Shown piece by piece: positions 55,097-64,000 of a DNA stretch of 64,000 bases. Source of the DNA: Eledone cirrhosa (taxonomy: Eukaryota); NCBI GenBank assembly GCA_964016885.1, contig OZ024750.1:29450001-29514000 (forward strand), written 5' to 3'. Every line of letters starts with the position of its first letter. The stretch's first letter is position 1. The notes under the pieces are model-generated. The model searched no databases. It was given only the letters and a program-made list of their open reading frames with translations, and was not told the DNA's origin. Both the position numbers and the translations under genes were made by a program.

Positions 55097-55484
55097 TCAT
55101 CATCATCACCGTTTTATGTCCTTTCTTCCACGCTAGCATCGGTTAGATGGGTTGTCCTGTTGTGGGCAGTGTCTGGTCGGCTGACCTTGTCTTGCTCATA
55201 CGGGAACTGATTCTGGCTTGATTTCTACAGCTGGATGCCCTTCCTAACACCAACCTCATTTACAGTGAGTGCTGGGTGCTTTTTTGCCGTGTCACCTCCA
55301 CGACCACTTTGCAGTGGATTGATATGGACCCCAGCCCTATCATCTCATTTCTACAGGTGAGTAAACTGGAGCAATGTGAAATAAAGTGTCTTGTTCAAGG
55401 AAACAACACATCACCCAGTCTGAGAATTGAACTCACAATCTTTCGATTGCAAGGCCAATGCTCTAGCCATTAAGCCATGTGCCT
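55097..55484 (-). mobile_element. Full-length SINE family A, long-tail variant
   Basis: Head and body as in 37180; tail as in 53862-54138. Confidence 0.82.
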
Positions 55485-55493
55485 CTCTCTCTG

Positions 55494-55608
<115 letters not shown>

Positions 55609-56025
55609 TAGAGTGTGGTAAAAAAAAACATGTGGACCATAATGCGCCAGAGTACTTGATAACTTGCAGTAGTAGAGTGGGTAATATAAAAAGATTCAGC
55701 TCCAGCCGTTTCGGAATTTGGATCTAGCTGTCGAAACGGCTGGAGCTCGGCCGTCGGTGTCCTGAATCTTTTCATATATACATTTACACACACATATATA
55801 GATATATATAATACACGCACACACACACATATATACATACATATATGTATATATATATATATTTACACACAGAAACACACACCTACACTATGTTTAAGCG
55901 TATTTTAAATGTGATACACATCCATCCACTATCTTAAATAAGGGTGTGTATTTGGTTTGCATTTAACTTAGCAGGTAAATAATCCCCACCCCTATACACA
56001 CATACACACATATATACATATATAC

Positions 56026-56074
<49 letters not shown>

Positions 56075-56441
56075 GATGTGTAGGTGTATGTGTCACGACA
56101 AAAAGCACCCATTCTACACTGTAATGTGGTCGTGTGGGTGTAACGACAAAAATCATCCAGTACTCACTGTATAAGGGGTTGGCGTTAGGAAGGGTATCCA
56201 GCAGTAGAAACCAAACCAAAATCAGTTCTGTATGAGCAAGACTTGATCACCTGACCTGGCATTGCGCACAACAGGACAACTCGTTTAACCCATGCTAATG
56301 GGGAAAATGGATGTAAAATGGTGGTAATGATGATGATGATATATATATATATATATATATATACTGCTTAAAACACTCAATGTTTTATATACAAAAACCA
56401 TATAGGCTTTACTATATTCTCATCTCAGTAGTGAATGCGTA

Positions 56442-56482
56442 AATGTCACCGATGAGGGATCCAGAAACAGCTGTCTGGCATT
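56442..56482 (+). ncRNA. Minimal hammerhead ribozyme motif (one core mutation) in a PLE remnant
   Basis: aatgtca-CcGATGA-gggatcca-GAAAC-agct-GTC-tggcatt: palindromic stem III and GUC triplet. Confidence 0.6.
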
Positions 56483-56617
56483 CTCAACCGGCTACTGAGA
56501 TAGTTGTGACATGATCACAGAAAGACTCTTCTATGTTTATTATTATACGTAAACATATTGTATATGCACTCATGTACACTCCAATTACATATGTATATAT
56601 ATATATATATATATATA

Positions 56618-56955
56618 TCATCATCATCATTTTACGTCTGCTTTTCCCTGCTTGCAAGGGTGGGACGGGAACTGATTCTGGCTTGATTTCTACAGCTGGA
56701 TGCCCTTCCTAACACCAACCTCATTTACAGTGAGTGCTGGGTGCTTTTTTTGCCGTGGCTCCTCCACGACCACTTTACAGTGGAATGATAGGGACCCCAG
56801 TCCCTATCATCTCATTTCTACAGCTGAGTAAACTGGAGCAACGTGAAATAAAGTGTCTTGCTCAAGGAAACAACACATCATCCGGTCTGAGAATTGAACT
56901 CACAACCTTTTGATTGCAAGCCCAATGCTCTAACCACTAAGCCATGTGCCTCCAC
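56618..56955 (-). mobile_element. Full-length SINE family A
   Basis: Near-identical to 27416-27748. Confidence 0.88.
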
Positions 56956-57120
56956 ATATATATATACATCATCATCATCATCATCGTTTAATGTCTATCT
57001 TCCACGCTAGCATTATATATATATATATTGACTTTGCCTTTCATCCTTACGGGGTCGATAAAATAAAGTACCAGTAATGCACTGGATAATTGCTGGCCTT
57101 GTGCCTAAAGTAGAAACAAT

Positions 57121-57182
<62 letters not shown>

Positions 57183-57388
57183 GGCCCTTAAGTTCTGATA
57201 GAGATGCAGTGAGAGAGAGAGAGAGGGGGTTAGGGAGAGAGGGGGTAGAGATAGAGAGGAGGGAAGGAGAAAGTAAAATACCAATAGACTCCATCTCAGT
57301 ATATTACTGGTATCTTATTTATTGATCTTCAAAGGATGAAAAACAAAATTAACCTCAGCAGGATTTGAACTCAGAGAACAGAGAACAT

Positions 57389-57668
57389 ATTTACAGTGAG
57401 TGCTGGGTCCTTTTTTGCCGTGGTGCCTACACGACCACTTTACAGTGTGGGCTGGGTGCTTTTTTGCTGTGGCTCCTCCACGACCACTTTGCAGTGGAAT
57501 GATAGGGACCCCAGTCCCTATCATCTCATTTCTACAGCTGAGTAAACTGGAGCAATGTGAAATAAAGTGTCTTGCTCAAGGAAACAACACATCACCCGGT
57601 CTGAGAATTGAACTGACAACCTTTCGATTGCAAAGCCAATGCTCTAACCACTAAGCCATGTGCCTCCA
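57389..57668 (-). mobile_element. SINE family A (tail missing), abutting a family B fragment
   Basis: Head and body match 37180; two internal modules. Confidence 0.8.
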
Positions 57669-57740
<72 letters not shown>

Positions 57741-57904
57741 TGCGTATGTGTATATATATATATCATCATCACTGTTTTATGTCCATTCTTCCACGCTAGC
57801 ATGGGCTAGACGGGTTGTCCTGTTGTGGGCAATGCCAGGTCGGATGACCATGTATTGCCTATATGTGAACTGATTTTGATATATATATGCATGTATATTT
57901 TGTG

Positions 57905-58300
57905 ATGGACTGGTCACCTCTGCAGAATGGAGGATGATCGAATCCTGAAACAACTTTTGTATGGCGAGCTTTGTAAAGGTAAGAGACCACCTCACAAACC
58001 AAAGCTCAGATTCAAAGATTGTGTAAAGGACTCATTGAAAAAGACTGGTTTGATGGTGGCTGACCGGGAGATAGAAGCTCTTGAAAGAGAAACTTGGTAT
58101 GGAATGGTGAATGATGGGGTCCATAATTTTGAGGACAGATGCGTAGAGCACGAGAAGATTAAATGGGATATGCACAAGCAATGACCTGGTCTATCTCTCG
58201 AAATGATTGGTGACTCCATTGAATCTACCGACTGTAGAAAGATTTGCTTGAGCAAATCTGGTCTCAGGAGCCACAGTTGCAGCCATGTTCAAAGAGAACC
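57905..58300 (+). pseudogene. RTE-clade LINE C-terminal fragment (second family)
   Basis: RMEDDRILKQLLYGEL..GKR....PKLRFKD..K, plus C.KICLSKSGLRSH zinc-finger remnant. Confidence 0.8.
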
Positions 58301-58498
58301 AGTGAACTATGATCTCCACAGTATTGTTAAGGTTCACAGGCAACTTGATGCAAGACCTGAGGCCAGGAAGATCCATAGTTGTCAAGGAGGGAAAGCCTCT
58401 AGTACTAGTAGGCTTGAAAAGCCATATTCGAGTGTCACACATCTGAATTTGACAAGTGATTGCAATACTCTTAGTAGAGTATGCAGCCATCATGCATG

Positions 58499-58533
<35 letters not shown>

Positions 58534-58904
58534 ATGTATATATGTGTGTGTGTGTATATATGCATGTGTGTATATATATATATATATATATGTATGTATA
58601 TGAATGTGTGTGCATGGGTACGTGTATAAATGTGTGGAAATGTAGATATGTACACTAGCTGACATTTTACAAAACATTTATGGGATAAAAATGTGTTGTG
58701 TATGATTGTATGTGTGTATGTGTGTGTGTGTGTGTGAGAGAGAGTGTTTGTGTGTGTGTGTGTGTGTGTGAGAGTGTTTGTGTGTGTGTGAGGAGGTTGT
58801 CCTGTTTATGAAGAGTGTTTCAATGAATGAATTCTAAAAATGACATACCTGTTTGAGAGAATGTAACGGGTGGGAGGGGGGACGAGGGGGAGGAGGTGTC
58901 CTTG

Positions 58905-59788
58905 AAAGGAAAGAAGAAAAAGGAAAGAAAAAGAAAGACAGAAAAGAAGCAAGGAAAGAAGGTAGGAAAGAAGAAAAAGGAAGGAAGGAAGAAAAGAAGG
59001 AAGGTGGGAAGAAAAGAAGAAAAAGGAAAGAAAAAGAAAGACAGAAAAGAAGCAAGGAAAGAAGGTAGGAAAGAAGAAAAAGGAAGGAAGGAAGAAAAGA
59101 AGGAAGGTGGGAAGAAAAGAAGAAAAAGGAAAGAAAAAGAAAGACAGAAAAGAAGCAAGGAAAGAAGGTAGGAAAGAAGAAAAAGGAAGGAAGGAAGAAA
59201 AGAAGGAAGGTAGGAAGAAAAGAAGAAAAAGGAAAGAAAAAGAAAGACAGAAAAGAAGCAAGGAAAGAAGGTAGGAAAGAAGAAAAAGGAAGGAAGGAAG
59301 AAAAGAAGGAAGGTAGGAAGAAAAGAAGAAAAAGGAAAGAAAAAGAAAGACAGAAAAGAAGCAAGGAAAGAAGGTAGGAAAGAAGAAAAAGGAAGGAAGG
59401 AAGAAAAGAAGGAAGGTGGGAAGAAAAGAAGAAAAAGGAAAGAAAAAGAAAGACAGAAAAGAAGCAAGGAAAGAAGGTAGGAAAGAAGAAAAAGGAAGGA
59501 AGGAAGAAAAGAAGGAAGGTAGGAAGAAAAGAAGAAAAAGGAAAGAAAAAGAAAGACAGAAAAGAAGGTAGGAAAGAAGAAAAAGAAAGGAAGGATGAAA
59601 AGAAGGAAGGTAGGAAGAAAAGAAGGAAGGTAGGAAGAAAACAAGAAAAAGGAAAGAAAAAGAAAGACAGAAAAGAAGCAAGGAAAGAAGGTAGGAAAGA
59701 AGAAAAAGAAAGGAAGGAAGAAAAGAAGGAAGGTAGGAAAAAAAGAAGAAAAAGGAAAGAAAAAGAAAGAAAAAAAGAAGGAAGGAAG

Positions 59789-59817
<29 letters not shown>
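58905..59817. repeat. Polypurine 103-bp tandem repeat
   Basis: aggaaagaaaaagaaagacag recurs at 58921, 59024 and 59127; the strand is almost purely A/G. Confidence 0.9.
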
Positions 59818-59819
<2 letters not shown>

Positions 59820-60711
59820 TTATGTAGAGCCAGCCTAAGGGAGAGTTATTATCAGTATAAATGTGGTGCCAGGTTTTATGTGAACAGGACAGAACCAGTT
59901 CTTAATTTTCAGTTATTTTAAATATTTCACCTGTAGTGTTTACCTGAAAATGTTGCATATTGTTATTTTGTGGTTGTTGGTCCCACCCAGTTCTGGGACA
60001 GGGGTACATCTATTCCCTCTCTGTATATGTGTGGGTGTATATGTGAGTGTATATGTGCGGGTGTATGCCAATATCTGTGTGTGGGTGTATGCTAATATCT
60101 GTCTGTGTGTGTATGTGTGTGTGTGTGGGATGTGTGATGTGAGTATGTGTCTGTGTATGAGTATATATGTGTGTGTGTATATGTGAGTGTATATGTGTGG
60201 ATGTATGCTAATATTTGTGTGTGTGTGTGTATGTATGTGTGTGTGGGATGCGTGATGTATGTGTCTGTGTGTGAGTATATATGTGTGTGTATATGTGTGG
60301 GTGATGGGAGTGTGTATCTGTATGTATATGTGTGTGTATATATATATATGTGCGGGTGTATGCCAATATCTGTGTGTGTGTGGGTGCATATTGCTACTTG
60401 TGTTAGTTGGTGCCATCCAGCTCTGGGGGCAGGGGTATATCTACTTTGTGTGTGTATGTATAAGTGTATGTGTGTGTTGTGTGTATATATGTACGTGTGT
60501 ATGTAGTTATTATGCATGTTGCTATAATACACATACACACACACACCCTTACTTATAGATCTACTCTAAGTGTATGTGTGTGAATGTGTGTATGTGTATA
60601 TGTGTGTGTTGTGTGTACATGTGAGTGTGTATGGATAGCTGTATGTGTATGTATATGGCTGGGTATGTGCCAATATGTGTGTGTATGTGTGCGTATGGTT
60701 ATGTGCGACAG

Positions 60712-61102
60712 TTAGTATCCTAGGTTAGCTCTAAGATGTGTACCTGGGTATTTAGCCCCCTAGTAAATCCCTACAATGTGTATTTGGATATTTAGCACCC
60801 TAGACTAGCTTTACAATGTGTGTCTAGGTATTTAATGCCCTAGGTTAGTTCTACAATATGTACCTGGGTTTTTAGCACCCTAAGCTAGCTCTACAATGTG
60901 TGTTTGGGTATTTAGCACCATAGACTAGTTCTACAATGTGTACCTGAGTATTTAGCACCCTAGTCAATCCCTACAATGTGTATTTGAGTATTTAGCACCA
61001 TAGACTAGCTTTACAATGTGTATCTGAGTATTTAGCACCCTAGCCTAGCTCTACAATGTGTACCTGGGTATTTAGCACCCTAGGCAAGCCCTACAATGTG
61101 TG
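60712..61102. repeat. 40-bp minisatellite, ~10 degenerate copies
   Basis: Unit tacaatgtgtacctgggtatttagcaccctagactagctc. Confidence 0.9.
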
Positions 61103-61354
61103 CCCACATCTCCCAGTTCTGTACCCCATTCTCTCACAAAATATACAGTTTCTATTTACAATTTGGCAACCTTGTAATTGACATTTCTTGCTCTGACCAC
61201 ACTAAGAAAATTAATGAGCCTGCATTTTCCACTACACAGTCTACACCCCCCACACACAGCAAATTATGTGTCAGCTCATCACACTATACAACCTTCTCTA
61301 TCACTTTGAATATTTTTACAATGCTTATAATGCAGATATAAGCTTTTTTTGTGT

Positions 61355-62268
61355 AGGAAATGATGTTGGGGTAGGTGAAGAAAGCATTCTACTAGCTGAG
61401 AAGTGGGTAGATAAGGTAATTGAAGTAGTCAGAGTATGTGACAGAATTATCAAGCCCAGAATAGTCATAATCAATAGATTGACAACAATTATCTCTAGCT
61501 ATATCCCACAATCAGGTCTAAGTAATGAACAAAAGGACCGTTTCTATAAGCAACTCCTACAGACAATTTCAGTTACTGATAACAGAGACCCCATCATCTT
61601 AGCTGGCGATGTACATGTACATGTTGGGCAGCACCAGGAGGGACACACCAGGGTACATGTTGGATATGGTTATGGTTTGAGAAATGAAGATGGAGCAAGG
61701 TTCTTAGAGTTCTCTGATGCAAATAAACTAAACTTTTTTCAGGAATAACTTCCAGAAACCAGCCAATCACCTGATCCTCTACAAATCAGGTAAACACATG
61801 AGCCAGATTGACATTTCATTTGTAAGAAAACATTGTAAGCAGATGGTTATGAATACTAAGTCCTTCTCCAGAGATGAATACACCATACAACATAAGTTAG
61901 ATATTAGTGACACCAGAATAAGTACAAGATGGAACAAGAAACACAGGAAAATATGGAGGAGGAGATAATGGAAGCTAAAGGACCTTTCTGTTAAATATAG
62001 ATTCAGAAAAACTCTACATGATACATATGACAAGATGGAGGAGTTAGATATTAATGACAGAGGACATCTTGAAGTTTCTATGAGACAGCCTACTGCAGGT
62101 TACTGATGAGACTTGTGGCTGGAGCAAAATACCATCCAGACTGAGATTGGCCTGGTGGAGGAACAGCACTGTGGATTGAGTTGTTAAAGCCAAGGGACAG
62201 GTGTGGAAAGACTAGAAAAATGGGGGCAGTAAAGATCAGTACCAAGTAGCTAAAAAAGAAGCTAGATG
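61355..62268 (+). pseudogene. Decayed RTE AP-endonuclease region
   Basis: ILLAEKWVDKVIEVVRVCDRII...YIPQSG...ILAGD.HVHVG...GYGYGLRNEDG.RFLEF, then SQIDI; stops and frameshifts present. Confidence 0.8.
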
Positions 62269-62269
62269 A

Positions 62270-62316
<47 letters not shown>

Positions 62317-62485
62317 TATAAGGAGTTGGGAACCGACAGTTGAGCTCTTGCCGTTTCAACAGGTAGTTCCAGACTCTGGAACTACCTGTTACCGACTCTT
62401 TATAATATTGCCATACTCTACTACTTCAAGTATCGAGTACTCTGTTGAGTAATGGTCTAACTAGTTTCAAACTGGTTCTATCCTG

Positions 62486-62549
<64 letters not shown>

Positions 62550-62554
62550 CTAGA

Positions 62555-62754
62555 CAGATTTGTGTATCCTAGGTTCAATCTGGAGTAACCACAGTAAGTA
62601 AGGTACTCAATACTTAGCAGAGTATAAATATTTAATATAGAAATGGCTTCTACAGGACTAGAACTGTTTCATTCGAAAGAAATCATCAGGAAAGCCTGAT
62701 GATTTTCTTCGAATGAAACAGTTCTAATCCTGTAGAAGCCATTTCTATATTAAA

Positions 62755-62762
<8 letters not shown>
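62555..62762. mobile_element. Palindromic PLE cassette with back-to-back hammerhead motifs
   Basis: Centre tcatcagg-aaag-cctgatga; each arm reads CTGATGA...GAAACAG-ttcta(g/a)tc-CTGTA. Related copies at 39715-39870 and 46990-47140. Confidence 0.7.
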
Positions 62763-62813
<51 letters not shown>

Positions 62814-63413
62814 TGTATATGTAGCACACAAAGAAGCTGAAAGCATGAGGTTTGTCAATGTCTTACAACGTGAGGATCAGGGACATGAGGTTCTAGAGTC
62901 AGACCATCCCTCATGCTGATCTATTGACAGACCTACATCCACCCTGATCTATAGACAGACCTACCCCCACCCTCTTCTATAGACAGACCTTCCCTCACCC
63001 TCTTCTATATACAGACCTTCCCTCACCCAATTCTAGCTACACTCCTGCAAGCCCTGATTTTTTCTTTACATGGAAACAATTCGCTCTAAATTTCTATGAA
63101 TGACATTCTTTAGTAATATTATTGTTATTATTTTATTTTTACCTGTCATTGTTTTATTATTTCATTTAAGTCATTTGAAGCAACTGTTCTTTGTCCTATG
63201 GGAACATTTTTGTATGGTTGGGAATTATATTTTTGGTGAACCTTGATCTCCCTCTCTGCTACATATTTAATGCATGTCGCCTGCATTATTAATAAATAGC
63301 TTTAGTTACATATCATTGTCTTATATATAGAAAATATTCTGCCAGTTCAAGCCTGCAGATAACTTTTTATATAGAATTTCCAGTCTGCCCTAATTTGGAA
63401 TTGAGGTTTAGAC

Positions 63414-64000
63414 TCAGTGAGACACAGTGAGACACAATTAGACACAGTGAGAGATAGTGAGACACAGTGTAACACAGTGAAAAACAGTGAGACACAATGA
63501 GACACAGTGAGAGAGAGAGTGAGCCACAGTGAAAGCGAGTGAGACAGTGAGACACAGTGAGATAGTGAGAGACAGTGAAAGACGGTAAGACACAGTGAGA
63601 CATGGTGAGACACAATGAGGCAGAGTGAGACAGTGAGACAGAGTGAGACAGTGAGACACAGTGAGACAGAGTGAGACAGAGTGAGACACAATAAGATAGT
63701 GAGAGACAGTGAAAGACGGTAAGACACAGTGAGACATGGTGAGACACAATGAGGCAGAGTGAGACAGTGAGACAGAGAGACACAGTGAGACAGAGTGAGA
63801 TAGAGTGAGACACAATAAGACACAATGAGGCACAGTGAGACACAGTGAAACAGTGAGACACAGTGAAAGACAGAATGAGACAGAGTGTGAGATGGTGAGA
63901 CACAGTGAGAGAAAGTGAGACAGTGAGACACAGTGAAACAAAGTGAGACACAGTGAAACAAAGTGAGACAGAGTGAGACAGTGAGACACAGTGAGACAGT
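63414..64000. repeat. Degenerate (GAGACACAGT)n repeat running off the window end
   Basis: Directly visible. Confidence 0.92.

Overview
Eukaryotic, AT-rich, very repeat-dense window with no convincing host protein-coding gene. It is probably intronic or intergenic DNA. The repeat inventory (tRNA-derived SINEs with RTE-like tails, abundant (TA)n/(CA)n, Penelope and Tx1 retroelements, TTAGGG) suggests a cephalopod/octopus-like genome; this is inference, not a database match. The main coding feature is a near full-length, frameshifted Tx1/L1-type LINE (~15905-21500) nested in a 73-74 bp minisatellite that grew inside a TTAA-flanked piggyBac-like MITE. Other decayed elements include Tc1/mariner (maT DD37D, rosa-like, mariner), RTE, CRE-like and Penelope-like elements (PLE). 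Most ORFs in the track are artefacts of tandem repeats. The most striking unexplained pattern is a dozen or more short fold-back cassettes embedded in (TA)n tracts. Many carry minimal type-I hammerhead ribozyme motifs and share a terminal TTGAGT(A/G)C motif; one is linked to a Penelope GIY-YIG C-terminus. A second theme is that most long minisatellites here can be traced to pieces of transposable elements. All alignments and folds were done by eye, so boundaries are approximate.
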